Of a stretch of 64,000 bases of DNA, positions 11,030 through 23,559 are shown in pieces; position 1 is the stretch's first letter, and each line of letters starts with the position of its first letter. The stretch covers positions 32,860,001 through 32,924,000 of the forward strand of contig JANJGN010000026.1 of assembly GCA_026770705.1 (NCBI GenBank). The letters are read 5' to 3'. A program made the translations under genes and the position numbers. The DNA comes from Isurus oxyrinchus. Its lineage: Eukaryota. Below the pieces are notes generated by a model. That model made no database searches. It saw only the letters and a program-made list of their open reading frames with translations, and was not told the origin of the DNA.

Positions 11030-12300
11030 TAGAAGAACAACACTAACTTAATTACTCTTTTCCTATTTAAATACTTGTAGAAACTCTTACTATCTATTTT
11101 TATATTATCAGCCAACTTTCCTTCATGACTTATTTCTCTCTTTTTTCAGTCATTCTTTGCTGGTTCCTAAAATTTGGCCAATCTTCTGACCTACCACAAA
11201 CTTTGCAGCTTTGTACAGTGTTTCTTTCAATTTAATACTGTCTTTAACTTTCTTATTCAACCACGGATGGCGCATTCATTTCAAAGAGCCTTTGTTTCCA
11301 ACTGGGATAAGTATACCCTGGGAGTTATTAACTATCTGCCACTTAAACTCTGCTGCCCTAACGTTTAATCCAGTTTCTCAGTTCACTTTCTCTACATCTG
11401 CTTTCATATCCTTATAATTACCTCTATTCATGTTTAAACGTGAGTCTTCGAATCACAATTCTCCCCTTCAAACTGCACATGAAATCCTATCGTACTATGA
11501 TCGCTGTCAGCTGGAGCTGCCTTTACAATGAGGTTATCGATTGATCCTGTCTTGTTGCTCATTACTATGTCGAATATAGCCTGCTCCCTGGTTGGCTCGA
11601 GAAAATACGCTAAGATATTGCACTGAGCACACACTTTGATCGTGCTGAATACATCCTATGAACTCATGTTCCAGGCTACCTCCGCAAATCTGATTCAACA
11701 AGATACGGGTAGATTAAAGTCACCCATGAGTATTGCTGTGCCTTTCTTCTAAGCCCCATTTGTTTCTTCCTGTATAACCTGTCAGGCCATTCAACTGCTG
11801 TTCGATTGTTTATAGACTGCTTCCACAAGTGACCTCTTGCTTTTACTATTTCTTATCTCTACCCAGCCTGATTCCACATGTTGCTTTTTTGAGCCCAGGT
11901 CATCTCTCACTACTGTACCAATGAAATCTTTAATTAACAGAGCTAACTATTCCTAGCTTCCTATCCTTTCGAAACGGCAAATACCCTTCAATATTTAGGT
12001 CCCAGCATTGGTCACCCTGCAACAATGTTTCTCTGATGGCTCCAGAGCGGGACAAAGTTACTGTTATCCATTTTCTTACGAATTCTCCGCGCATTCAGAT
12101 ACTCTAACTCAGTCTTTTTATTATTTCTGCTCCCTCTGGCCTTATATCCTGGTGCACTCCTAAATTTGTACCATCTGCCCCTTCCTGACACTGGCTGGTT
12201 TTCATTATTCAATTGTTATTCTGCTCTATTATCTCTTTGGTTTCCTTTTGATTTACTACATCTCCTCATGCATGAGCCCTTTCCCACCTATTTAGTTTAA
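11030..12300 (-). mobile_element. Old CR1-type LINE fragment (endonuclease region)
   Basis: Translation EPTREQAIFDIVMSN..DSDHSTIGF parallels EPTREQAILDLLMCN..GSDHKMLE of the younger copy at 17284-17706. Confidence 0.8.
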
Positions 12301-13676
12301 ACCCTCTCTATCACTCCACTTATAGAACTCGCCAGAACACTGGATACATTAATAAATGAGGCAAGCTCTGGTTTAATACCGACATGGAAATTACACAGTG
12401 CAGCAGTAAATAATTCTTCAATCACTCAGTACAGCCAGACACTGAGCTGATGCACTGAGGGGGGAGTCACTCACCTGTTATCCTTCCATTAAATCAGATC
12501 CATTTTGCTGCACCACAAATGCATTTGCATTATTTTAAACTGCTGTTTGTTTTTATGGTATCACTCTTTTCATTTTTTGCCATTATTTTCCCCAGCATTC
12601 ATCCCCACTTTTCTCACTAAAATCCACATATTTCACTGATTCACGTATTTCCTGATGACACTGAGGTGACACCGTCTTTGTGTGCGTCCATCAACAGTGT
12701 CCAGACAGCCACTGAGCTAATATATGGATAGTTACTCATTCACGTGCCACAGACCCGTCGATCAAATCTTTAACCAGTGAGAGTAGGCGGCAATGAATGC
12801 ATTCACCATGGTGGCCTCATTCGCCTAACTTCACAGGCGAGTCTCTCAGTTCTTTAAGTATTCAGAGCAGGCAGGTATAAGGCTGCTTCACTGAGGGGAG
12901 CCTCACTCTGCTACACAGGCAAGAATTTCAGGTCTTTAACCATTGAGGCCAGAGAGGCACTGAGCCAACGCCGGTGATGGTGGAAGGGAACAGCTCACTA
13001 ACCACCACAGGAATACTGTTGAGGATTTAAACATTGAGTACATACAAGGGTAAGACTGATCTTCCGTGGGGCAGGAGTCAATTGCTTGCACAAATACATT
13101 ATTCCGATTTTCCTTTCACTAACCTCATTGCAGTGTTCAATAATTTTAACCCACTCTTTCCTTTTCTTGTTTCCTGATTGGGTATTTAAATCTCTGTTTC
13201 TCTACATCTTTTCTGCTTTTATTTCTGCTTCTTTTCCCCCATCTCCACTATCCCCTTTACGATCTACAGATTCCCCACTGCCAGCGTGTGAGAAATTCTG
13301 CATGCATTCACTAACTTGGCTGGACTTCATATGAGGAGCTGGGTACGGGCGGCTGGGAGTCATTTTATAGAACAGTAGCAATTGTTTTACATCTTTTGCC
13401 TGAAAGACTTGAAGACCTAAGTGTATACATTTACGTGTTATGACTGTGGATGGGGTGAGAAGGGGCAAATATGCACAGAACGGGCATCAAAGTCAAGGCG
13501 GAAGTTAAGACGCAGAGTTGAAATTGGCAAGTTTTTTTCATTGCAAGTGTAAATCATCCACGAATACAATTAAGCAAGTCAAACTCAAGAGTTGTTTTGT
13601 ATTTTTGCTCCTTTAAGTATGCTCCCTCTGAATATTACAGTGGAGGGTGATAATTTGTCTTTTTTTGGCTATGGAA

Positions 13677-13690
13677 GCGCCCTCTGCTGA
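13677..13690 (-). promoter_or_regulatory. CTCF-binding motif ~25 bp downstream of the V4 RSS
   Basis: Minus strand TCAGCAGAGGGCGC, 13/14 match to the core consensus. Confidence 0.6.
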
Positions 13691-13714
13691 GAACTAACTG
13701 AACATCACAGTGTG

Positions 13715-14057
13715 GAATATTGTCCGGGATTCACTGTATCTCTGCCGCAGGGTGGGATTCATGTCACAGAAATACATGGCGGTGTGGCAGATCAGGGCCT
13801 CATCTTCATTATATTGATGGTTCTATCAAATGTGGAAGAGAACCAGACAATGATGTCGGTCTTCTTGCTCATATTTACACTGATAATGTGAATCAGGAGA
13901 TGTGGATGTTGTCCGGGTTTCTGATGACACCAGAGCATATAATGGTAAGGGTGATTTATTTTCAAGATGCAGGTCAGTGTGATGTTAGTTTCCTCTTTGA
14001 CCAACGTTTCAGGACCAGACTCGGCCACTGTGCTTCGTCGAACATAAACATAACGTA
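13715..14057 (-). pseudogene. Decayed TCR-type V segment (V4) with degenerate RSS
   Basis: STVAESGPETLVKEETNITLTCILK..YMLWCHQKPGQHPHLLI..FSSTFDRTINIMKM, frameshift, HTAMYFCDM. RSS: CACCCTG (13748-13754), 24 nt, ACAATATTC (13715-13723). Splice acceptor appears mutated. Confidence 0.85.
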
Positions 14058-14827
14058 AAGTAGTTGGGATAGATGTCATTATTATCGGGATCGTCATCAC
14101 CATCATCTCAAGCAGCATAATCATCAACAGCAACACTTCACAATTAATAACATTTGGGTTACAGCAGCCAGGTGAAGAATGGATTTTTTTCTGGGAAGGA
14201 AATACTTACTAAGAAGTGATATAATGGTGACGAACGATATGATGCAATTTCTCTTGAGAATGTCTTTGTCTGTAAGTCTGCAGTCCGTCAAATCTTCTGT
14301 CGGAACTGTAAAGTCGATCCCAGCCCCCGGCGCTTGCGATCCAATCAGGGAACAGCGGCAACATTCTCTCCAATAAAACAGGAAAGACAAGAAAGGTCAG
14401 AACGAGAGAAACAAAAGGAATCTGTGGACAAGGCAATGAAAATTCGCCCACCAGAAATTATTTACCTTTGCCTCTCTATACGAACTGCGTTACATTCACA
14501 TTTATTTCAAATCTATGGCAAATAGACTCGCGACATAAATTAGATTTACGTATTGTTTTATAGTTATTGATACCTTCATAGTTTAAATTGCTTAACGCAA
14601 GAGGCTGAATCTGTCAGTGGGGAACAGAAAACTGGGCAACCCATCCCAATGTACTGGAGCCAAACTGTCCATTAACACTGAACTAACCTTCTCAATGATG
14701 GGCCTGTTAGGAAGCGTTACAGTAATGAGCATAAATATGAGATCAAAAACATTTCACTTGAAGTAATATTCAGAAAATTGTCTATCAGTATTGAAATGTA
14801 ACGGGCGCTGGGAATCCACTGCCTGAT

Positions 14828-14841
14828 CAGCCACCTGGTGG
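14828..14841 (-). promoter_or_regulatory. CTCF-binding motif downstream of V5
   Basis: Minus strand CCACCAGGTGGCTG, 13/14 match to the core consensus. Confidence 0.55.
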
Positions 14842-14920
14842 TCGGTTTAATGAATCTCATCTGAACTGATCTCAGAGAACACAGTCACGGTGCAAGTTGT
14901 CCAAACGCCGTTCTCACGAG

Positions 14921-15180
14921 GACTCAGCACACAGTCGAACACGGCTCTGTCAGTGAGCTGCAGCCCAGTCAAAGCGAAAGCAGCAATATTATTGGGTGTT
15001 TCGAGAATGACGGAAATACAAACCTTAACGTATGTTCTTTCCATAGGAATGTGCCTAAATTATGAACGTGGCAGTCGTGTTCTGGTTCTGACAACAAAGC
15101 TGCACGAAATAGCTCAGTTTGGAAGTTGAATAGATACAATTGATGCTCATCGAGATTCTTCCGAGGTTTTGTGCTTCTGT
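14921..15180 (-). pseudogene. Decayed TCR-type V segment (V5), cut at its 5' end by a CR1 insertion
   Basis: SMSINCIYSTSKLSYFVQLCCQNQNTTATFII*.., frameshift, SVILETPNNIAAFALTGLQLTDRAVFDCVLS (decayed LQLTDSAVYYCAL). Confidence 0.8.
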
Positions 15181-17708
15181 TATAGGAGCAGAATCTGCAC
15201 CGCCATTCAAGCACGGCTGATAAGTTTCTCAACTCCATTCTCCCGCCTTCTCCCCGTAACCTTTGATCCCCTTACCAATTAAGAACCAATCGATCTTGGT
15301 CTTAAATACATTCAATGACCTGGCCTCCACAGCCTTCTGTGACAATGAATTCCATAGATTCACCACTCTCTGGCTAAAGAAGTTTCGCCTCATCTCTGTT
15401 ATAAAATGTCTTCCCTTTACTCTGAGGCTGTGCCCTCGAGTCCTAGTCTCTCCTACTAATGGAAACATTTTCCCCATGTCCACTCTTTCCAGGCCTTTCA
15501 GTATTCTGCAAGTTTTAATCAGATCCCCCCTCATCCTTCTAAACTCCATCGAGTATCGACTCAGAGTCTTTCAAAGGTTCCTCATATGTTAAGTCTGTCA
15601 GTCCTCTGATCGTTTTCGTGAACCTCCTCTGGACCTTCTCCAGGGACAGAACATCCTTCCTGCGATACGGGGCCCAAAATTGCTCACAATATTCTAAATG
15701 TGGTCTGACCAGAGCCTTATAAAGCCTCAGCAGCACATCCCTGCTTTTATATTCTAGTCCTCTCGAAATAAATGCCAACATTGCATTTGCCTTCCTAACT
15801 ACCGACTCAACCTGCAAGTTAACCTTAAGAGAATCCTGGACTAGGACTCCCAAGTCCCTTTGCACTCCAGATTTCTGAATTCTCTCCCCATTTAGAAAAT
15901 AGCTTGTCGTTATTCTTCCCACTAAAGTGCATGACCTCACACTTGCCCTCGTTGTATTCCATCTGCCACTTCTTTGCCCATTCTCCTAACCTGTCCAAAT
16001 CCTTCTGCATCCTCCCCGCCTCCTCAATACTACCTGTCTCTCCACCTATCTTTGTATCATCTGAAAACTTAGCCAGAATGCCTTAGGTTCCTTCATCTAG
16101 ATGATTAATGTATAATGTGAAAAGTTGTGGTCCCAACGCTGACCACTACCGAACTCCACTAGTCACCAGCTGCCATCCTGAGAAGGACCCCCTTATCCCC
16201 ACTCTCTGCCTCCTGCCAGACAGCCAATCTTCTATCCATGCTAGTACCTTGCCTCTAACTCCATGGGCTCTTAGCTTACTGAGCAGCCTTCTGTGCGGCA
16301 CCTTGTCAAAGGCCTTTTGGGAGCCCAAGTAGATAACATCCATTGGCTCTCCTTTGTCTAACCCACTCGTTACCTACTCAATGAATTCTAACAGATTTGT
16401 CAGGTATAACCTCCCCTTGATGAAAGCATGCTTACTTTGCCCTATTTTACCATGCACTTCCAAGTATTCTAAAATCTCATCCTTAATAACAGACTTTACA
16501 ATCTTACCAACGACCGAGGTCAGGCTAATCGGTCTGTAATTTCCCGTCTTTTGCCTCACTCCCTTCTTAAACAGGATGGTTACATGAGCGATTTTCCAGT
16601 GCTCTGGGACCCTCCCTGACTCCAGTGATTCCTGAAAGATCACCACTAACGCCTTCACTATCTCTTCAGCTATCTCCTTCAGAACCCTGGGGTGTAATCC
16701 ATCTGGTCCAGGTGATTTATCCACCTTCAGACCTTGCAGTTTTCCTAGCAACTTCTCCTTGGTAATGGCCATAATCATCTCTGCCCCCCGACTCTCTTGA
16801 ACATTAGGGATGTTACTTGTGTCTTCCACCGTGAAGACTGACGCAAAGTACCTATTCAGTTCCTCCGTCATTTCTTTGTTCCCCATTACTACTTCTCCAG
16901 CGTCATTTTCCAACGGCCCAATGTCCATTTTTGCCTCTCTCTTACCCTTTATATATCTAAAAAAAACTCTTGCAATCTTCTTTTATATTACTGGCTAGTT
17001 TACCCTCATATTTAATCTTCACCCTCCTTATTTCTCTTTTAGTTGTCCTCTGTTAGTCTTTGTAGGCTTCCCAATCCCCTGGTTTCCCACTGCTCTTCGC
17101 TGCATTGTATACTTTCTCTTTATCTTTTATGCTGTCCCTGACTTCCCTTGTCAGCCATGGTTGCCTCTTCCTCCCTTTCGTATGCTTCTTCTTCCTCGGG
17201 ATGGAGTTTTGCTGTGTCTCCCAAATTACTCCCAGAAACTCCTACCATTGCTGTTCCATTGTCTTTCCTGCTAGTCTCATCTCTCAGTCAATTCTGGCCA
17301 GCTCCTCCCTCATGCCTCTGTAGTTGCCTTTATTCAACTGTAATACCGTTACATCTGATTCCAGCTTTTTCCTCTCAAATTTCAGGGTAGATTCTAGCAT
17401 TTTATGGTCACTTCCTCCAAAGGGTTCCTTCACCTTAAGCTCCCTTTTCAAATCTGCCTCATTACACATCAATAAATCTAGAATTGCCTGTTCCCTAGTG
17501 GGCTCCACCACAAAGCCATCTCGTAGACATTCCACAAATTCCTTTTCTTGGGAGCCACTACCAGCCTGATTTTCCCAGTCTGCCTGCATATTGAAACTCC
17601 CCATGATCACTGTAACCTTGTCTTTCTTACAGGCCTTTTCTATCTCCTGGTGTATCTTGTGCCCCACATCCTGACTACTGTTCAGCAGCCTGTACATAAC
17701 TCCCATTA
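15181..17708 (-). mobile_element. CR1-clade LINE, ~2.5 kb, endonuclease end + RT + 3' UTR, frameshifted
   Basis: KSPGPDGLHPRVLKE, NYRPISLTSVVGK, DVIYL..QKAFDKVPH, LYKALVRPHLEYC.QFWAP, FFSQRVVNLWNSL. Confidence 0.95.
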
Positions 17709-17709
17709 T

Positions 17710-17743
17710 GTAGATGGACAGATAGATAGATAGATTGATAGAT

Positions 17744-17787
<44 letters not shown>
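17710..17787. repeat. (GATA)n microsatellite next to the gap
   Basis: Direct observation. Confidence 0.95.
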
Positions 17788-17788
<1 letters not shown>

Positions 17789-17851
17789 TGTTTGCTTGGA
17801 TGCAGTAATGATGGAATGAATGGATAGTTGGATAAATTAATGCTTGTTTAA

Positions 17852-18041
17852 NNNNNNNNNNNNNNNNNNNNNNNNNNNNNNNNNNNNNNNNNNNNNNNNN
17901 NNNNNNNNNNNNNNNNNNNNNNNNNNNNNNNNNNNNNNNNNNNNNNNNNNNNNNNNNNNNNNNNNNNNNNNNNNNNNNNNNNNNNNNNNNNNNNNNNNNN
18001 NNNNNNNNNNNNNNNNNNNNNNNNNNNNNNNNNNNNNNNNN
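17852..18041. other. Assembly gap (190 N)
   Basis: Run of N. Distance and orientation across it depend on scaffolding. Confidence 1.
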
Positions 18042-19069
18042 ATGCTGTTCCACTTTTTCAGCTTTATGATTGATTACTTCATAACTTGCCAGAGGTCCTT
18101 TATTCAATTTGTGTCGATCTGGTACTTTCAGCCCTTCCTGATTTCCTGGATCATTTCAATACCCTGGCTGTCAAGAACTGACGAGCTGAATGTCAACAAG
18201 TGTAATCTCGAGATATGCTTGTGGTACCGATGATCCTTCTCTAGAGATGGTTACTTTTCATATGAAAGATAGAACACGTTCTCATGACGGATGAGAAAGA
18301 AGGATTGTAATATTTGCAACATGCGGTCTTTTCAATGACAACAAAGCACACAATGTATCCTCGTCCAAATTACTTCAATCACAATGGAAATATAGCAGAC
18401 CATTGGATAGTTTTTTTTTACATTTCCCTGTTAATTTCTTGCTGCTCTGTGATACTGGTGCAGTCACACCATTCTACACAGCACGGTGGGGCGGTGGGGG
18501 GTGGTGTTGGTGGCGGTGGTGGGGGGGAGTACTTGAACTATGACATTTTTCCGGCAATATATTCATTGAAACTCATTGTTGCAATGGACTATATCTGATG
18601 GGTACTGCACATTGTTGTCTCAAGTTCAAAGGCTCTTAACTCCTTTAACCACATTCCCCAGAGGCTTTCCATTCAGTGCATTCATGCAGGGAATCGATTC
18701 TTCTCTTGTTCGATGGGTGAGGTCAGCACTTCAATTAGATATTCTCATGGTCACCATGATGGAGATTTCTGGTTACAGTGGACATCAGCCGGACAGGTCT
18801 GAGTTGATGAAGTAGCTGAAGTGATTTGAATCACAGTTTCGAACATTAATAGAGGGACAATGCTCTAGTCCAAACTTCTCCTTTTCACACGGTTGCACTT
18901 GTGTTGTAAGACGTGTTTATAGAAGGAAATATCTGATGTAACGATACAAAGCCTTCAACAAAAATTCAATGTGGGAATATTCAGTAATTACCTTTCCACA
19001 CATATTTCTGCTCTGAATTTATACTTTGACACCATTTCGAATGTTTGAAGGGTTTTGCAGTCATACATG

Positions 19070-19540
19070 GGATGTGGGCATCGCTGGATGGGTCAGAATT
19101 TATTGCCCATCCCTAGTTGATCTTTGAAGGCGGTGGTGATCTGCCTTCTTGAACCGCTGAATTCCATGTGGTGTAGGTACAACCACAGTACTGTTAGGGA
19201 GGGAGATCCAGGATTTTCGCCCAGCAACAGTGAAGGAGCGGCGATATATTTCCAAGTCAGGATGATGAGTGACTTGAAGGGGAACATCCATGTGGTGGTG
19301 TTCCCATATATCTGCTGTCCTTGTCCTTCTAGATGGTAGTGGTCATAGGTTTGGAAGGTGCTGTCTAAGGAGCCTTGGTAAATCCCTGCAGTATATCTTG
19401 TGGATGGTACACACTGCTGTTGCTGTGCCTCGGTGGTGGAGGGAGCAAATGATTGTGGATGGGGTCCCAATCAATTGGACTGCTTTGTCCTGGATCATCT
19501 CAAGCTTCTTGAGTGTTGTTGGACCTGCACCAATAAGTGC
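19070..19540 (-). mobile_element. LINE 3' fragment of a second CR1/L2-like family (related pieces ~7480-7720, ~48630-49200, ~50050-51100, ~62720-63300)
   Basis: LEMIQDKAVQLIG..SLHHR..AAVCTIHKIYC..LPRLLRQHLPN recurs at 50.9-51.1 kb and 62.9-63.1 kb. PQGSVLGPTIF-type motif at ~7540 and ~50380. Confidence 0.8.
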
Positions 19541-20389
19541 AGCAAAATGAATTATTAACATTATCATTGATATAACAATGAACATTATATTGGTGAAAAA
19601 TATTTCGGTAAACGGCACTGCATTACTTGCTACATGATTGATCTTCCCTTATTGTGCAAGAGGATCTCTCCCACTACCTAGCTTGCTGCATACTGATTTT
19701 CATGTTCAATGCACCACCATCAGCTGTAACCTTCTGTGCTTCAGCTAACTGAAACAGTAATAGGTGAATGGAGAGACAGTTACAGATCCATAGGTATTCC
19801 CAGGCTTTCATATTGCAAAACAAATTATATTTCTGAATATTTTCCGCCTTTGATCGTTTTTAAGAAACATTAGATGTGTCTCATTCCAACAATGGTTTGA
19901 TCTATTGATAGTCCCAAACCTTCAACTTTCCCATACAACTAATTTCTTGCAACTGAATGATGTCTCTCACTATCTGAATGTCTCCGAATTCTTTCACCAC
20001 ACTTAAGCAATCGATGTTTCACAATCCATTAATGATCTCCAATTGTGTAACAATTCAAGGTCCAACGAGTATCACTTTATTTCAGGAAGTGACCTAGTTT
20101 GTCCAGAAATCCTTTCAATTCCTGTGAAGTTCAAGCTAACCTACAAAATGGTTGGAGCTTAAGTACCATTCACACAATAGCAGAGCTTTTTTGTGGTCAG
20201 ATTCAAGGTCACACTCACCATCAGTGCCTGTACTAGCAGCGGGAGTCTACAATAGGTTTTGGGGTACAGAAGAGGCCCGGGTTCAGTCACGTTTAACAAT
20301 GTATCTATATTGAATGTTGAGCCATTGGATGTCTGAATTTCTATTTATTGATGCCCTCTTGATCGATATATTCATTCACAATGAACCCT

Positions 20390-20740
20390 GGCTATCAGCC
20401 GTGGTTCAGTTGGTAGCATTTCCCCCCTTTGACATTAACTGAGACCATCTTCCCTCTCAGGTCGATGTAAAATATCCCATGGTGCTATCCTGGCTGGAAA
20501 CGCAGGGGAGTTGTCGCAGGTTTCTAAGCAAATATTTACCAGCCAATAAACATAACAAAAGTCTATGTGATCATTATCGCACTGCTGCTTGTGGGAGCTT
20601 GCTGTGCACACAATGGCTGCCGCCTTTCCTACATTACAACTGTGAATACACTTCGAAAGTACATTTGGCTGTAAAACATTCAGAGACGTCCGGTGATCGT
20701 GAACTCATTTTTTTGAACTCTAGGTGTAAAATGAAAAGTT
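20390..20740 (+). mobile_element. tRNA-headed DeuSINE (SacSINE1-like); fragments also at ~7280-7480 and ~42555-42810
   Basis: tRNA-like head gtggttcagttggtagca and Deu-domain block tgtgggagcttgctgtgcacacaatggctgccgcctttcctacattacaac..tggctgtaaa. Confidence 0.75.
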
Positions 20741-22029
20741 TTGGATCGAGGAAGTAATTCATTGCCTTCTAGGATACGCCTGCACACGAGGCTGGGAAGG
20801 AGGTCATTCAGCTGCTCAGGGCTGTACCAGCATTTAAGGACACTTTTGAATTTACCTCATTCACCCTCACTCCCACCACTATTCCCACCCCCACCGCTCC
20901 CCCACTCGCCCCCCCCCCCGCCCCCTCCCCCCCCACCCCCGACCCACCCACCCCATGCTGTTTCTCCATTCCATCGCCCTGCATTTTATTTCATTGGAGA
21001 CCATGTCTCCGCTGATAATGGATTAGACCCTGTCCAGTTGTCTCAATTTTATTACTCTGGAGAATGAGGCCTTTTATATTATGTAAAGATGTTTTCAACT
21101 ATGACGTCACGAGATAATACCCAAGGATATTGGAAGACGTTAGGGCGGAGTTAATGAATGTAACAAAGTAAGAAGGAATAACGTGGCAACAGAAATAGGG
21201 TGAAACTTGCTGGAGAGCATCAAGTGTTTCATTCCTTTCCAAGCAAGGGGAATAATAAATCAGGACTTTAAGGCCGAGTAAGTTCAGGTCAGATATAGGT
21301 AGATTTATTTTTGCAGTTGCCCGAATTATCACACCCTCGAAGTTTATATCAGGAGCTTCTGTTTAATGCTGCGATGATCACATAACAATGAAACGCAGAG
21401 AATAATTCGAATAATTTAGTCCCAGTTCCAACTGATTAATAAGGACAGAGGTGTTCTCTTCTGAGGGAATGCTCAATGTCTTCTAAATCAATGTTAACGA
21501 AAGTAAATTAACAGCAATTACATTTTGCATAAAATAAAACCTTGAACATAATATGTGAAAATAATTATTTATTTTTGTGGATATTATTTGTAAACAATAT
21601 GATATATTGATACACACGTACACACACCGATACACAGACCAACATACAGATACGCACACACAGACACGTACACACACACACACACACACATTTCAACTTG
21701 AGATCCTATCTTGGTTACCTCGGAGGCTCTGCAGCACCTGAAGAATCGGGGAAAATCACCGACATCATATTTCAGTCGGTACCATGATCCAATAATCTCT
21801 GCCCACGACGCATATGTTGAGTTGGACATTAAAGCGCCCATGGTCCCCACACTGTACTCGGGTCCACATTCTTGGCTTCAACCAAGATCATCAAGAAGTA
21901 ATTCATAGGACTGAGACACTTTGCTCTTTTGCTGACATTAAAGTGCGTAAATCAGCCACGTTAATCTGCAATAGTTGCACCTTAAATTTTGGAACTTCCC
22001 ACAGGAAGTAATGAGCTGACACATCAGTA

Positions 22030-23470
22030 GAAGTAGTTTCTTGATACATTAAGCCAGCATGGACGGGTAAAGGGTAAATCATGTTAAATTAACTTTCTTG
22101 AGTTTTTTGATGACATAGCAGAAATGGTTGATGCTCTTTCGAGCACAAGCCCATTTCCATCTGTTTCAGATGAAGTTACATTGTTTTGCCATTGTGAGAT
22201 TTGAACTCTTGAGGTTGGGGTTACAAACCCAGTACCATAACCACTTGGCTATTTAGGCCAAGCCATGGCTGATGACGCCAATGCTGTTGACGTGGTTTAC
22301 ATGGACTTCCAAAAGACATTTGATGAATTACCGCACAACAGGCTTGTGAGTAAAATTGAAGCTCACCGGAATAAAATGGACGCTCACATCATGGTTAGGG
22401 AACTGGCTGAGTGCCAGGAAACAAAGCATAGTTTTGAACGGTCAATTTTCGGTCTCGGTGATGGATTATAACGAAGTTCCCCAGGGATCAGTGCTAGAAC
22501 GCCTGCTTTTCATGATATTTATTATTGAACTGGGCTTTGGTGTACAGGGCACAATTTCAAAATATACGGACGATGCGAAATGTGGAAGCATTGTGAGACA
22601 TGAGGAGGACAGTGGAGAATCTCAAAACAACATAGAGAGGTTGATGGAAAGGGCGGACAAGTAACAGATGAAATTTGACGCCGAGAAGGTGAGAAGTGGT
22701 TCATTTTGGCAGGAAGAATGCAGAGGGACAATATAAATGAAAGAGTACGAATCCAAAAAGGCTCCAGGAGCAGAGGCTCTTTATATGTCTAAATCATTGA
22801 AGGTGGCAGGACAAGTAGAGAGAGGGATTAATAAAGCAGACAGCATCCTGGACTTTACCAGTAGGGGAAAAGTGTATAAAAGCAAGGAGGCTAAGTTAAA
22901 CGTGTGTGACACACTGGCTGGGCCTCAACTGGAGAATTGTATCCAATTCTGGGCACCACACATTAGGAAGAATTTGAAGGCATGAGAGAGGGCACAGGAA
23001 AGATTTATGGAAAATGTTCCAGGGATGAGGAGCTCCAGCTATGTATAAAGAGTGGAGAAGTTGACTTCAATTTCCGTGGAGAAGAGAGAGCGTGGAGGAG
23101 ATTTGATAAAGGTATTAAAAAGCATGAGGGCTCTGGACAGACTAGATAGGGAGAGATTGTTCCCATTGGTGGAAGGATTGAGAACCAGTGGGCACAGGAT
23201 TAAAGTAACATGGGGAAGAAGCAGTGGAGTCAAGGGGAAAAACGCCTTCACGCAGTGAGTGGTTAGGATCTGGAATGCGCTGCCTGACAGTGTAGTGGAT
23301 TAAGGGACAATTGATGCTTTGGAAAGGAAATTGGATCATTACCTGAAAAGGGGGGGAAAACGCTGGAGTACGGAAAAATCAGTGGCACTCGGTCAATTGC
23401 TCCTTCAGAGGTTCAGCACGTACACGACTGGCCGACTGACATCCTTCTGTGCTGTAAGAATTCTATGATT
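22030..23470 (+). mobile_element. CR1 LINE 3' fragment (RT)
   Basis: VDVVYMDFQKTFD, VPQGSVL, ISKYTDDAK, PQLENCIQFWAPH. Confidence 0.9.
22134..22264 (-). mobile_element. Short tRNA-derived SINE nested in the CR1, with a 10-bp target-site duplication
   Basis: Minus strand A box TAGCCAAGTGG and B box GTTCAAATC. Flanks atggttgatg (22124-22133) and atggctgatg (22265-22274). Confidence 0.8.
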
Positions 23471-23559
23471 CTATCATTAATATCAGAAGCAGTAACTGAA
23501 ATCGATATTTTCACAGCATCAGCAATAGCAGAGTCTGTCCAGTAGATGGCAGTGTAACA

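Noticed and set aside
18042-18920. Faint V-like words on the minus strand (KVPDRH..YEVINHKAEK; SIN..FSYFIN)
   Set aside because: No Cys/Trp/YYC framework or RSS can be placed, and the region is cut by the gap.
20085-20290. V-like fragments (KLTYKMVG..RFKVTLTISA..AGVY) after a splice acceptor
   Set aside because: Too short and needs several unsupported deletions; no RSS.
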